64,000 bases of DNA from Eubacteriales bacterium. Its GTDB lineage: Bacteria; Bacillota; Clostridia; Oscillospirales; CAG-272. The DNA lies in NCBI GenBank assembly GCA_045120465.1, contig JBGVEW010000048.1, forward strand, positions 12,495-76,494. Reading direction: 5' to 3'. Position 1 is the first letter of the stretch. Every line of letters starts with the position of its first letter. Made by a program: the position numbers and the translations under genes. Shown here piece by piece: positions 1 to 10,285 of this stretch. A model generated the notes under the pieces. It searched no databases, was not told where the DNA came from, and saw nothing but the letters and a program-made list of their open reading frames with translations.

Positions 1-1013
1 CGAAATACGGGACGTTCGATCCAACCCTCATCATGAGTATCTTCTATTTCCTGATCTTCGGTATGATGTTTGCCGACGTGGGATACGGATTGTTGCTGGC
101 ACTCGGTGCCTTTGGCGGTGCCAAGCTCCTCAATCCGCGCGCGGGAATGAAGCAGATGCTGTATATGTTCGGTTATTGCGGTATTTCGTGTATGCTTATG
201 GGTGTTTTGTTTGGCGGATGGTTCGGAAACCTGCCCACCGCCATTATGAACAGCTTTTTCCCTGTGTTTGAGGGACAAGCGGAATTGACTCCGATCGGAT
301 CATTCTTCTATAACGGTTTGATCTTCAATCCTGTCGATTCCTCTACGAGCTTCCTCGTGCTGGCACTTGCGGTAGGTGAGATCCACCTCATCGCGGGTAT
401 GGCGGTCAATATGTTCATCACTTGGAGGAACGGAAAGCCGCTGCAGGCGATCTGCGAAAACGTACCGTACTGGATTTTGTTTGCGGGGCTTGATCTGATG
501 GCACCCGTTGCGATTGTGGGAATGTTGCTTCCCGGCGGTGCCGATGCGGAAACGATGGCACTTTTGAATCAGCTTTCCGGCATTGGAGGATACCTTGCCA
601 TTGCGGGCGGTGCTTCGATCCTTTTGTTTAAGGGCTTGGGAGAGAAGAGCGTGGTTGCATGGCTCGTCAAGGGCCTTGGAGGACTCTATTCCTTGATCAG
701 TTTTGCATCTGACCTGCTTTCGTATTCAAGAATTCTGGCACTTGGACTGGTTGCGAGCGTTATCGCACAGGTTATCAATATGCTCACGGGGCTCGGTGCT
801 ACCGGTCCCTTGGGATTTGTGTTCATGCTGATCGTTATGATCGTAGGACACGTGCTCAATCTTGCCATTAACCTTTTGGGAACCTTCGTACACGCGGCAC
901 GTCTGCAATATATCGAGTTCTTTGGCAAGTTCTACGAGGATGGCGGAGAACCGTTCTCGCCTGCACTTCCGGCAGAAAACTATTCGGAAGACTGTAACGA
1001 CGTCCCTAATTAA
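1..1013 (+). CDS. ntpI: V-type ATP synthase subunit I, C-terminal part (5' end cut by window edge)
   Basis: The frame of ORF 33..1013 stays open back to base 3 (KYGTFDPTLIMSIFYF...). Multi-TM protein with FGMMFADVGYG and LSYSRILALGL...HAARLQYIEFFGKFYEDGG motifs typical of subunit I/a. First gene of the ntp operon. Confidence 0.9.
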   Translation, partial: KYGTFDPTLIMSIFYFLIFGMMFADVGYGLLLALGAFGGAKLLNPRAGMKQMLYMFGYCGISCMLMGVLFGGWFGNLPTAIMNSFFPVFEGQAELTPIGSFFYNGLIFNPVDSSTSFLVLALAVGEIHLIAGMAVNMFITWRNGKPLQAICENVPYWILFAGLDLMAPVAIVGMLLPGGADAETMALLNQLSGIGGYLAIAGGASILLFKGLGEKSVVAWLVKGLGGLYSLISFASDLLSYSRILALGLVASVIAQVINMLTGLGATGPLGFVFMLIVMIVGHVLNLAINLLGTFVHAARLQYIEFFGKFYEDGGEPFSPALPAENYSEDCNDVPN

Positions 1014-1044
1014 AAAATATAAAAATCAAAAGGAGATTAAAAAA

Positions 1045-1545
1045 ATGGGATTTTTTGGTGAAGTATTAGGTAAATTTATTGAAGGCTTGTTCAGCGGAAA
1101 CAGTTTGGTCATCATCGGTGCAACCCTTGCGGTTCTGCTTCCCGGTATCGGTTCTGCAAAGGGTGTTAACATGGTTGCAAGAGCAACCGCGGGACTCATT
1201 ACCGAGGATCCCAACAAGTACGGTAAGTCCATGCTGCTTCAGGCACTCCCCATGACGCAGGGTATTTACGGAATGGTTACCGCGTTCCTCATCATGATCT
1301 TCAGCGGAGTTACCGGTGACGTGACCCTTACGGTCGCACAGGGCGCATACTACCTCATTGCGGCACTTCCCATTGCGTTCGGCGGTTTGTATTCCGCGGT
1401 TAAGCAGGCAGAGGTTGCAACCGCAGGTATCGCAGTGCTGGCAAAGCGTCCCGATGCTGTCGGTAAAGCAGTTATTTCCGCATCCTTCGTTGAGCTTTAC
1501 GCAATTCTGGCTCTTCTGATCTCTTTGTTGCTGATTCTCCTGTAA
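1045..1545 (+). CDS. ntpK: V-type ATP synthase proteolipid subunit K (double-hairpin, 166 aa)
   Basis: ATG at 1045 follows RBS AGGAG (1031-1035); the longer tracked ORF from 862 overlaps ntpI. Motifs GIGSAKG, LPMTQGIYG and FVELYAILA match the Enterococcus hirae NtpK pattern. Confidence 0.9.
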   Translation: MGFFGEVLGKFIEGLFSGNSLVIIGATLAVLLPGIGSAKGVNMVARATAGLITEDPNKYGKSMLLQALPMTQGIYGMVTAFLIMIFSGVTGDVTLTVAQGAYYLIAALPIAFGGLYSAVKQAEVATAGIAVLAKRPDAVGKAVISASFVELYAILALLISLLLILL

Positions 1546-1585
1546 TGGCGGCTTTGCTACCGTATCGGAAAGGAGAGGAGACGGA

Positions 1586-2275
1586 ATGTCTTTGAACGCA
1601 CTTGAAAAAATAACCGATAAGATCATTGCCGAGGCGCAGGAAAAAGCGGACCGCATTTTGGCGGAGGCAAAGGAAGCCTCCGATCAAATCACTGCGGAAT
1701 ATCGTGCACGTGCGGAGGAAAAGCGTGAAAAGCTCTCTTCCGACGCCGAGCGCGAGGCAATGGATTACGTGGCGCGCGCCAAGGCGTCCGCCGCAAATTA
1801 TAAGCGCAATTTACTCCTGCAAACCAAGAGCGACCTGCTCGACAGTGTGTTCGACGGTGCTCTGGAGGAAACGCGTACGTTGCCTCCCGAACGTTATTCC
1901 GATCTTTTGATCGGGCTTCTTACGGCGGCAATGATAGAACAGATTAACGCTGAGGCGGAAAGCCTTGCTCTTGACGGAGAAGATGCCGAACCCACGCCCG
2001 AGGCATACGAGGTGCTCATGAGTCCTCGTGACCGCGAGCAATACGGTGTTGCCGTTATTGAAGGAACACGCCAAAAGCTTTTGGGGCGTGTACCCGAGGA
2101 AAAGCTTTCGCGTTTGGTTCTGGCGGAAAAGGCAGTTTCCATTGACGGAGGCTTGATCCTTCGTTGCGGCCCGATCGAAGCCAATTGCTCGCTTCCTTTG
2201 TTGTTCGCGTCTTTGCGCGAGGAGCTTGAGGCAGAGGTTAGCCGCGCTTTGTTTGAAACCAAAGGACAGGCTTGA
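1586..2275 (+). CDS. ntpE: V-type ATP synthase subunit E
   Basis: N-terminus is a charged coiled coil (KIIAEAQEKADRILAEAKEA...) followed by a globular C-terminus. RBS GGAGAGGAG upstream. Operon position between K and C. Confidence 0.85.
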   Translation: MSLNALEKITDKIIAEAQEKADRILAEAKEASDQITAEYRARAEEKREKLSSDAEREAMDYVARAKASAANYKRNLLLQTKSDLLDSVFDGALEETRTLPPERYSDLLIGLLTAAMIEQINAEAESLALDGEDAEPTPEAYEVLMSPRDREQYGVAVIEGTRQKLLGRVPEEKLSRLVLAEKAVSIDGGLILRCGPIEANCSLPLLFASLREELEAEVSRALFETKGQA

Positions 2276-2288
2276 TGGGAGGCTGACG

Positions 2289-3284
2289 ATGGCGGATTAT
2301 TTGTTTGGCAGTGCCAATTTGCGCGCACTCGAGAACGCGATCATCGGAAGCGACCGTATCAAGCGGATTTTGGAGACTCAGACGCTTGAGGATGCGTATG
2401 CGGCACTTGCCGAGTACGGTGTTCGGCTTGTAACCGATGCGGAGAACGGAAGCGTTCGACGCGAGGAAACGCTTTTAAACCTTTTGCGCGATGCGTACGG
2501 CAGAGTTTACGAATTGGCTCCCGACAGCAAAGCGTTGCAACTTTGGCTCTATCCTTATGACTGTAACAATCTTAAGGCGGCAATCAAATGTGCCGCAAGA
2601 GGGATCGATCCCGATTCGATGTATTTCGATTTTGGAAGCGTTCCCGCCGAACGCTTTACCGAAGCGGTAAGGGCAGGGCAATTCGATTTTCTGCCCACGT
2701 CTATGCAAAAGGCGGCTTCGGAAGCGATCGAAAGCTTTACTAAAACACGCAATCCGCAAGTGGTGGATCTGATCCTTGATCGTGCTTGCTATGCGGACAT
2801 GCTTTGCGCGGCACAGACTGCGGAAAACGATTACGTTCTCCGTTTGGTGCGTGCGAAGATCGACCTGACCAATCTGAATATCGCAATCCGTATTTTGCGG
2901 ATGAACAGTGGAGAAGCGGGTAAGGCACTCCTGCGCGATGCGCTCCTCTTTGGCGGAGAGATCGATGTCGAAAAGCTCGTTTCCCTGTTTGAAAAAGGGG
3001 AAAATACGCTCTTGTCGGAGCTGCGTTTCACTGCGTACGCTCCTATCGCGGAGCAGCTGCTCTACGGTGACGCAACGCTGACGGTACTGGAGCGCGCGTG
3101 CGACGATTTTTGGATGGAAATGGTCAAGGAGACCAAGTTTATTCCCATGGGACTCGAGGTTATGGTGTCTTTCCTTCTGGCACATGAGTACGAGGTGCGA
3201 AATCTGCGTATTGTGTTGTCGGGGAAGGAAGCGGGACTGAGTGTTTCCACGATTCGAGAAAGGATCCGTGCAAGCTATGTATAA
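2289..3284 (+). CDS. ntpC: V-type ATP synthase subunit C (d-type)
   Basis: 331-aa helical protein starting MADYLFGSANLRALE at ATG 2289. Size and operon position fit subunit C. The tracked start at 2226 overlaps ntpE. Confidence 0.85.
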   Translation: MADYLFGSANLRALENAIIGSDRIKRILETQTLEDAYAALAEYGVRLVTDAENGSVRREETLLNLLRDAYGRVYELAPDSKALQLWLYPYDCNNLKAAIKCAARGIDPDSMYFDFGSVPAERFTEAVRAGQFDFLPTSMQKAASEAIESFTKTRNPQVVDLILDRACYADMLCAAQTAENDYVLRLVRAKIDLTNLNIAIRILRMNSGEAGKALLRDALLFGGEIDVEKLVSLFEKGENTLLSELRFTAYAPIAEQLLYGDATLTVLERACDDFWMEMVKETKFIPMGLEVMVSFLLAHEYEVRNLRIVLSGKEAGLSVSTIRERIRASYV

Positions 3285-3597
3285 GATCGGAATCATCGGA
3301 GACCGCGATACCGTGCTGGGCTTTATGGCTCTCGGCTTTGTTGTCGAGGAGGCAAACGGTGCGGAGGAAGCGGCAAAAAAACTGCATAAAATGGCAAAGA
3401 GCGGTGCATTTGCCGTCATCTTCGTCACCGAGCGTCTGGCGATGCAGATCGAAGAGGATATCGATCGCTACAAGGAACTGCCTTTGCCAGCCGTGGTATC
3501 CGTTCCCGGGCAGGGAGGATCTTTCGGCTACGGCATGAACAATATCCGCTCGGCGGTCGAGCGTGCGGTGGGCGCGGATATTCTCTTTAAGGAGTAA
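3277..3597 (+). CDS. ntpF: V-type ATP synthase subunit F
   Basis: 106 aa, MYKIGIIGDRDTVLGFMALGF... is typical of subunit F. It slightly overlaps the ntpC end. Confidence 0.85.
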   Translation: MYKIGIIGDRDTVLGFMALGFVVEEANGAEEAAKKLHKMAKSGAFAVIFVTERLAMQIEEDIDRYKELPLPAVVSVPGQGGSFGYGMNNIRSAVERAVGADILFKE

Positions 3598-3663
3598 TCC
3601 CCCCCAAAAATCCAGTTACGTTGCTTTATACTCGCTCAATAATGAGGAAAGGTTTGTCAAAAA

Positions 3664-5436
3664 ATGGTTGAAGGAAAAATTCTGAAGGTATCGGGTCCTC
3701 TGGTCGTTGCCGAGGGAATGCGCGAGGCGAACATGTTCGACGTGGTTCGTGTCGGTGCAGGTCGTCTGATCGGTGAGATCATCGAAATGCATGGGGATCG
3801 TGCCTCGATTCAGGTTTATGAGGAGACTGCGGGTATCGGCCGCGGTGATAAGGTCGTTTCTACGGGAGCGCCCCTGTCGGTTGAGCTTGGCCCGGGTCTT
3901 CTGACCAATATTTACGATGGAATCCAGCGTCCGCTGGAGACGATGCGCATCAAGGTCGGATCCAATCTGACCCGTGGCATCGATGAGCCCGCTTTGGACC
4001 GCGAAAAGGTCTGGCATTTTGAGGCTGCCGTTCAGTTTGGTGACAAGGTAGGCCCCGGTGATATTTACGGAACGGTACAGGAAAACGACGTGATTTTGCA
4101 TAAGATCATGGTTCCGCCAAACGTGGAGGGAACGATCGTTGAAATGCGTTCGGGAGATTTTAAGGTCACCGACCGTATCGGTAAGATCAAGCTTGCCGAC
4201 GGTACGATCGAAAACGTTACTCTGATGCAAAAGTGGCCTGTCCGCGTATCCCGTCCCTACCGCGAAAAGCTCCCCCCCGTTGACCCCATGGTTACGGGTC
4301 AGCGTGTGATCGACGCGCTGTTTCCCATTGCAAAGGGCGGTACCGCTTGCGTACCGGGGCCCTTTGGATCGGGGAAGACCGTCGTTCAGCATCAGCTTGC
4401 AAAGTGGAGTGACGTAGATCTCGTGGTCTATATCGGATGCGGTGAGCGCGGAAACGAAATGACCGACGTTTTGCGTGAGTTCCCCGAATTGGTTGACCCC
4501 AAAACGGGCAAATCGCTCATGCAACGTACGGTTCTGATCGCAAATACCTCGGATATGCCCGTTGCGGCGCGCGAGGCATCGATTTATACGGGTATTACCA
4601 TTGCGGAGTATTTCCGCGATATGGGATATTCGGTAGCCGTTATCGCAGATTCTACCTCCCGTTGGGCGGAGGCTCTGCGCGAAATGTCGGGGCGTCTTGA
4701 GGAGATGCCGGGTGAAGAAGGTTACCCCGCATATCTGACCTCCCGTCTGGCACAGTTCTATGAGCGTGCAGGTAAGGTTGTGTGCCTTGGTTCCGATGGG
4801 CGTCAGGGGGCACTTTCCGCAATTGGCGCGGTTTCCCCTCAGGGCGGTGATATTTCCGAGCCCGTTACGCAGGCAACGCTTCGTATCGTCAAGGTATTCT
4901 GGGGCTTGGATGCCTCCTTGGCTTATCGACGTCACTTCCCGGCAATCAACTGGCTCAATTCCTACTCGCTCTACCGCGAACGTCTGTCCGGATGGTTTGA
5001 GGAGAACGTTTCCAAGGATTGGATGAATTATACCGGAAGATGCCTCAAAACCTTGCAGGTCGAGTCGGATCTGCAGGAAATCGTAAAGCTCGTCGGTATG
5101 GACGCATTGTCTGCGGAGGACCGTCTGACCCTCGATATTGCACAGTCCATTCGTGAGGACTTCTTACAGCAAAACGCATTTGCGGAGATCGATAGCTATT
5201 CACCTCTGCAAAAGCAGTTTGGACTTTTGGATATGATCTTCACTTACGAGGATCTGGCGCGTCGCGCAATTGCGGCAGGTGCGGAGATCGAGGACGTATG
5301 CAATTTGCCATTCCATGAGAGCATCGGACGTGCAAAGACCGTTTCCAACGACGCTTACGAGGAAGAGTTTGCAAAAATCAAGACCGAAATCGCCGCACAG
5401 CTTGATCACCTTGTGGCAAGCATTGAGAAAGAATAA
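3664..5436 (+). CDS. ntpA: V-type ATP synthase catalytic subunit A
   Basis: 590 aa with Walker [19 protein letters not shown] and SRWAEALRE motifs. Confidence 0.97.
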   Translation: MVEGKILKVSGPLVVAEGMREANMFDVVRVGAGRLIGEIIEMHGDRASIQVYEETAGIGRGDKVVSTGAPLSVELGPGLLTNIYDGIQRPLETMRIKVGSNLTRGIDEPALDREKVWHFEAAVQFGDKVGPGDIYGTVQENDVILHKIMVPPNVEGTIVEMRSGDFKVTDRIGKIKLADGTIENVTLMQKWPVRVSRPYREKLPPVDPMVTGQRVIDALFPIAKGGTACVPGPFGSGKTVVQHQLAKWSDVDLVVYIGCGERGNEMTDVLREFPELVDPKTGKSLMQRTVLIANTSDMPVAAREASIYTGITIAEYFRDMGYSVAVIADSTSRWAEALREMSGRLEEMPGEEGYPAYLTSRLAQFYERAGKVVCLGSDGRQGALSAIGAVSPQGGDISEPVTQATLRIVKVFWGLDASLAYRRHFPAINWLNSYSLYRERLSGWFEENVSKDWMNYTGRCLKTLQVESDLQEIVKLVGMDALSAEDRLTLDIAQSIREDFLQQNAFAEIDSYSPLQKQFGLLDMIFTYEDLARRAIAAGAEIEDVCNLPFHESIGRAKTVSNDAYEEEFAKIKTEIAAQLDHLVASIEKE

Positions 5437-5450
5437 GGAGGACTGCGTCA

Positions 5451-6830
5451 ATGATCAGAGAATACAGAACAATCGAAGAAGTTGCGGGTCCTTTGATGCT
5501 TGTCAAGCAGGTGGAAGGCGTTAAATACGATGAATTGGGCGAGATCGAGCTGCCAAGCGGGGAAGTGCGTCGTTGTCGCGTGCTTGAGGTCAACGGTAAG
5601 AACGTATTGGTGCAGTTGTTCGAATCCGCAGCGGGCATCAACCTTGCAAACAGCAAGGTGCGCTTTACGGGACACGGTGTTGAGCTTCCCGTATCCGAAA
5701 ATATGCTCGGTCGCGTATTCAACGGTATGGGCGAGCCCATTGACGGCGGTGCTAAGCTGATACCCGATAAGAGTCTGGATATCAACGGTACTCCCATCAA
5801 TCCCGCGGCACGTTACTATCCGTCCGAGTTTATTCAAACAGGTGTCTCCACCATCGACGGTCTGAACACCCTCGTTCGCGGACAAAAGCTGCCGATCTTT
5901 TCGGGATCGGGACTTCCGCACGCAAATCTGGCGGCGCAGATCGCGCGTCAGGCAAAGGTAAAAAATAAGGATGATAAATTTGCGGTTGTATTTGCCGCTG
6001 TAGGTATCACCTTTGAGGAAGCGGATTTCTTTATTTCCGACTTTAAAAAGACGGGTGCTATTGACCGTACCGTCCTGTTTGTCAATCTGGCATCCGACCC
6101 CGCCATCGAGCGTATTTCCACGCCTCGTATGGCACTTACCGCTGCAGAGTATCTTGCGTTTGAGTGTGATATGCACGTGTTGGTCATTATCACCGATATT
6201 ACCAACTACGCGGAGGCTTTGCGTGAGGTTTCCGCCGCGCGTAAGGAGGTGCCCGGCCGACGCGGATATCCCGGATACCTGTACACCGACTTGGCGACTC
6301 TGTACGAACGTGCGGGCAGAAAGATGGGATCGGAGGGATCCATTACCATGATCCCGATTCTTACTATGCCCGAGGACGATAAGACCCATCCGATCCCCGA
6401 CTTGACCGGATATATCACCGAGGGGCAGATCATTCTCTCACGTGAGATGTACCGTAAAGGATACCTGCCGCCCGTAGATGTTCTTCCGTCTTTGTCGCGT
6501 CTGAAGGATAAGGGAATCGGAGAAGGAAAGACCCGTGAGGATCACGCCAGCACCATGAACCAGCTCTTCTCCGCATACGCAAGAGGAAAAGAGGCAAAGG
6601 AATTGATGGTGGTTTTGGGTGAGGCGGCACTTTCTTCCATCGACCGCTTGTACGCCAAGTTCGCGGATGAATTTGAGGTACAGTATATCAATCAGGGCTT
6701 TTATGAAAACCGCTCGATTGAGGAGACCTTGGATCTTGGATGGAAGCTGCTTTCCATTCTTCCTAAGAGCGAAATGAAGCGTATCAAGCCCGAAATGATC
6801 GAAAAGTACTGGCCGAGCGAGGATAAGTAA
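5451..6830 (+). CDS. ntpB: V-type ATP synthase subunit B
   Basis: 459 aa with [36 protein letters not shown], characteristic of the V/A-type B subunit. Confidence 0.97.
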   Translation: MIREYRTIEEVAGPLMLVKQVEGVKYDELGEIELPSGEVRRCRVLEVNGKNVLVQLFESAAGINLANSKVRFTGHGVELPVSENMLGRVFNGMGEPIDGGAKLIPDKSLDINGTPINPAARYYPSEFIQTGVSTIDGLNTLVRGQKLPIFSGSGLPHANLAAQIARQAKVKNKDDKFAVVFAAVGITFEEADFFISDFKKTGAIDRTVLFVNLASDPAIERISTPRMALTAAEYLAFECDMHVLVIITDITNYAEALREVSAARKEVPGRRGYPGYLYTDLATLYERAGRKMGSEGSITMIPILTMPEDDKTHPIPDLTGYITEGQIILSREMYRKGYLPPVDVLPSLSRLKDKGIGEGKTREDHASTMNQLFSAYARGKEAKELMVVLGEAALSSIDRLYAKFADEFEVQYINQGFYENRSIEETLDLGWKLLSILPKSEMKRIKPEMIEKYWPSEDK

Positions 6831-6831
6831 G

Positions 6832-7503
6832 ATGGCAGAGCTCAGAGTCAACCCCACCCGTATGGAGATGAAGCGGATTCAAACCCGCTATCAAACCGCG
6901 CGGAAGGGACACAAGCTGCTCAAGGACAAGAGAGATGAATTGATGAAGCAATTTCTCGACGTTGTTCGTGAGGATAAGATTTTGCGCGAGCGCGTAGAGG
7001 AAGCTCTTAACGAGGTGTATCGTTCCTTTACGGTCGCAAGTGCGGTCAGCAGTCCCAAAATGCTGGAGGAAGCACTCATCTACCCCAAAAAAGAAGGACA
7101 ACTTTCGGTCGATTACCGCAATATGATGAGTGTTACGGTGCCGCAGTTCCACCTTCGCGTTCTCTCCGAGGGAGGGAGCGATAGCTACAACTACGGTCTC
7201 GCCTTTACGTCGGGCGAATTGGATTCCTCTCTGCGATCGCTCAGCGGCATTATGGAGGATCTGATGCGCATGGCGGAGTTGGAAAAGACCGCACAGCTTT
7301 TGGCGGAGGAGATCGAGCGTACCCGCCGCCGCGTCAACGCGCTGGAGTATATTCTTATGCCGCAATATCTGGCAACGATCAAATCGATCAAAATGAAGCT
7401 GGATGAAAACGAGCGAGGAAATACCACGCGCCTGATGAAGGTTAAGGATATGATGCTCGCGGAACAGCTTGCGCAAAACGCAACCCAACGGGATGAAGAA
7501 TAA
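6832..7503 (+). CDS. ntpD: V-type ATP synthase subunit D
   Basis: 223 aa, MAELRVNPTRMEMKRIQTRYQTARKGHKLLKDKRDEL is the conserved subunit D N-terminus. Last gene of the operon. Confidence 0.93.
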   Translation: MAELRVNPTRMEMKRIQTRYQTARKGHKLLKDKRDELMKQFLDVVREDKILRERVEEALNEVYRSFTVASAVSSPKMLEEALIYPKKEGQLSVDYRNMMSVTVPQFHLRVLSEGGSDSYNYGLAFTSGELDSSLRSLSGIMEDLMRMAELEKTAQLLAEEIERTRRRVNALEYILMPQYLATIKSIKMKLDENERGNTTRLMKVKDMMLAEQLAQNATQRDEE

Positions 7504-7547
7504 AGAGAAGAACCGATGCAAAAAGCATCGGTTCTTCTCTTTATTTT
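7504..7547. terminator. Hairpin terminator between convergent ntpD and the AraC regulator
   Basis: AGAGAAGAACCGATGC-aaaaa-GCATCGGTTCTTCTCT, a perfect 16-bp stem followed by TTATTTT. Confidence 0.75.
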
Positions 7548-8359
7548 CCTTCACTGATCAGATACTGGCGCGGTGTTTTTCCGTAACAACGCTTAAAGCT
7601 ACGGATGAGATTGCAAGTATCTCCAAATCCGCAGGCTTCCGCACATTCTGCCTCGCTTTTTCCGGTTCGGAGCATTTTGACAGCGTTTTTGACACGGCAA
7701 CGCATCAAATAATCGCCCAGGGTGCTGCCCGTGTATTTTTTAAACGCGGTCATTAAGGTCGTTCTTCCAACCCCAAGGTGCCATGCCAGCCGTTCGGCAA
7801 GAATCTTTTCGGAGTAGTTTTCACCGATATAGGTCAAAGCACCCGTTACGTATGGGGGAACAGCTTCAGAAACGGTCGCATCCTGCCCTGCAAGCTCGCA
7901 AAGATGGGAGAGCAGGCACAAAATCAACAATCGCTGACGCAACAAGTCCTTTTCGGCTTCGATCTCACGGATCTTTCGCTGATAAAACGCTGCTTGATCC
8001 GAGGTCAGCACAATCACCCTGCCGCCTTTTCCAAACACCGTGCGCAATTGCTTCCATTCGGGAATATAGTCCGCGAGAAATCCGTCCGAAAACAAAAGAT
8101 TGAGGCGGCTGTAAAAGGAATCGGGATCTCGATACACAAAATGCGGTGTTTTGGGACTTGCCAAAACGATACGGCTCTCTGTTCCTTCCTGCACGTGATC
8201 CGAAACGAACACCTTTACGTATCCCGTTAAAATCAGGCTGATCTCATAATAATCGTGTGCGTGAAAATCCACCATTTGGCTGCGATAGCCCTCGTAATAA
8301 TCCACGTGGCAGGTATCCCACGTGCAGCGGAAATACATATTGTCAAGCTTGATCGCCAT
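7541..8359 (-). CDS. AraC family transcriptional regulator
   Basis: 272 aa. N-terminal cupin-like sugar-binding part. C-terminal AraC HTH (LAERLAWHLGVGRTTLMTAFKKYTGSTLGDYL...IRSFKRCYGKTPRQY). Divergent from the hexuronate genes. Confidence 0.85.
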   Translation of the reverse strand: MAIKLDNMYFRCTWDTCHVDYYEGYRSQMVDFHAHDYYEISLILTGYVKVFVSDHVQEGTESRIVLASPKTPHFVYRDPDSFYSRLNLLFSDGFLADYIPEWKQLRTVFGKGGRVIVLTSDQAAFYQRKIREIEAEKDLLRQRLLILCLLSHLCELAGQDATVSEAVPPYVTGALTYIGENYSEKILAERLAWHLGVGRTTLMTAFKKYTGSTLGDYLMRCRVKNAVKMLRTGKSEAECAEACGFGDTCNLIRSFKRCYGKTPRQYLISEGK

Positions 8360-8541
8360 ATCGTCACCTCTCTTTTCTTTATTCTATCACATTTTTGAAT
8401 GATATTCAATACAAAAACGTTCTTTTCTGAAAAAAAGATGAAAAGAATGAACGATATGCTATTTTTATGAACGATAATATATTGTAAAGATCAGAAAGAT
8501 GATTTATAATTAAGATGAATATATTGATCGGGAGGAATATA

Positions 8542-10260
8542 ATGGCACGTTTGTTTGAAGAGCATCTTACCAGAGCCGTCAAATCCTTGGACGGGGCTTG
8601 GCGCTTCCGCAAGGATCCTTTGAATTGCGGAAAACGTACCGCATGGTATTTGGGAATTCCTTACGGCACCACCGTGGCGGTTCCGTCGGTTTGGAATACG
8701 CAGGAGGGACTTTTGACCTATGAGGGCGTTGCATGGTATGAAAAGAAATTCCATACCAAGGGCGGATGTCTCCGCATTTGCTTTGGCGCGGTGATGACCG
8801 ATGCCGAGGTGTGGTTGGACGGTCGGTATCTTGGATCTCACTACGGTGGATTTTCGCAGTTTGAGTTTATCGTCCCCGAAGTGGAGTCGGGCGAGCACCG
8901 TCTTAGCGTTCGCGTGGATAACACCTTTGACGCGCACTCCATTCCGCAAACGTGGGTGGATTGGTATCACTACGGAGGCATCCCGCGCGGCGTTACGGTA
9001 GAAACGCTGGAGGGAATTTGCGTTCTTTCCAATCGCTTGGAGTACACACTCTCCAACGATCTTACCACAGCCGAATGTCGAGTGGTTGCCACTCTTTACA
9101 ATTCCCAAAAGCGGCAGGGAAGCACCAAGGTCGAAGTCATGCTGAACGGTGAGCGTGTCAGCACGGACACCGTTACCGTAAGAGGCGGAAAGCAGATTGA
9201 CGTTGCGCTCTCTTCCTTTACCGTTTCAAACGTTCGTCTTTGGGATATCGGGTGCCCCAATCTGTATGGACTTCGCGTAACAACCGATACCGACGATCTT
9301 TGCGACCGCGTTGGGTTCCGTTTTGTCGAAGTACGTAACGGTCAGCCGATGCTCAACGGAAAAGTTGTCGAGTTTCGCGGTGTGAACCGACACGAGGAGC
9401 ATCCCGATTTTGGTTTTGCATTCCCCGTGGGACTGATGAAAAAGGATATCGACCTGATGCTTGCAATGGGATGTAACGCCGTACGCGGATCACACTATCC
9501 AAATTCCCAAGAATTTGTGGATTTTCTCGATGAAACGGGACTCATGTTCTGGAGCGAGATCCCCATTTGGGGCTGCGGATTTTCAGACGAGGCTTTGGCG
9601 GATAAGACCGTCGTCAAGCGCGGATTGGAAATGCACCGCGAAATGGTCAAATATTACTACAATCATCCCTGCATCCTTTTCTGGGGACTCCATAACGAGA
9701 TCCACTCCTATCATAAGGCGGCATACGCAATGAGCAAGCTGTATTACGAGTATCTCAAGGAGAATGGCGGAAACCGTTTCGTGGTTTACGCATCCTGCCA
9801 TCCCGACAATGACATTTGTTGGGAATTTTGCGATATCCTCTGCCTCAACCAGTATTTCGGCTGGTATTACGGCTACGAGGAGGATGCGTGGGAAAAATTC
9901 CTTGATGGTTTTACCGCAAAAATGGACGAGATCGGAATGTCACATAAGCCCATTATCATGAGCGAATTCGGGTGCGCTGGGCTTTACGGCTGTCACGATG
10001 ACGAGGGGATTCTTTGGAGTGAAGAAAATCAGGCAAAGCAGCTCTCTCATTGTTTGGAGCTTTTCCACCGTCATCCTCGCGTTGCGGGAAGCTTTATCTG
10101 GCAAATGTTCGATATGCGCACCTGCCTGCAAGCGGGACTCAACCGTGCGCGCGGCTTTAATAACAAGGGACTGATGAACGAATATCGCAAGCCGAAGCTT
10201 GCGTACCGTGCGGCAAAAACGCTGTACCATGCGTTTGCCAACGAAACCGAATCCAAATAG
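8542..10260 (+). CDS. Glycoside hydrolase family 2 beta-hexuronidase (beta-glucuronidase-like)
   Basis: ATG 8542 follows RBS GGAGG. Contains the GH2 sugar-binding / Ig-like / TIM-barrel pattern. Acid/base context WGLHNE, nucleophile context IIMSEFG, and an N-x-K carboxylate-recognition motif in GFNNKGLMNEYRKPK, as in GUS enzymes. Confidence 0.85.
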   Translation: MARLFEEHLTRAVKSLDGAWRFRKDPLNCGKRTAWYLGIPYGTTVAVPSVWNTQEGLLTYEGVAWYEKKFHTKGGCLRICFGAVMTDAEVWLDGRYLGSHYGGFSQFEFIVPEVESGEHRLSVRVDNTFDAHSIPQTWVDWYHYGGIPRGVTVETLEGICVLSNRLEYTLSNDLTTAECRVVATLYNSQKRQGSTKVEVMLNGERVSTDTVTVRGGKQIDVALSSFTVSNVRLWDIGCPNLYGLRVTTDTDDLCDRVGFRFVEVRNGQPMLNGKVVEFRGVNRHEEHPDFGFAFPVGLMKKDIDLMLAMGCNAVRGSHYPNSQEFVDFLDETGLMFWSEIPIWGCGFSDEALADKTVVKRGLEMHREMVKYYYNHPCILFWGLHNEIHSYHKAAYAMSKLYYEYLKENGGNRFVVYASCHPDNDICWEFCDILCLNQYFGWYYGYEEDAWEKFLDGFTAKMDEIGMSHKPIIMSEFGCAGLYGCHDDEGILWSEENQAKQLSHCLELFHRHPRVAGSFIWQMFDMRTCLQAGLNRARGFNNKGLMNEYRKPKLAYRAAKTLYHAFANETESK

Positions 10261-10285
10261 TCATAAACCGAAAGGGAATCAAAAT

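Noticed and set aside
3616-4935. 439-aa minus-strand ORF opposite ntpA (and 5448..6389 opposite ntpB, 6784..7554 opposite ntpD)
   Set aside because: These are shadow frames of highly biased V-ATPase genes, with no independent start signals.
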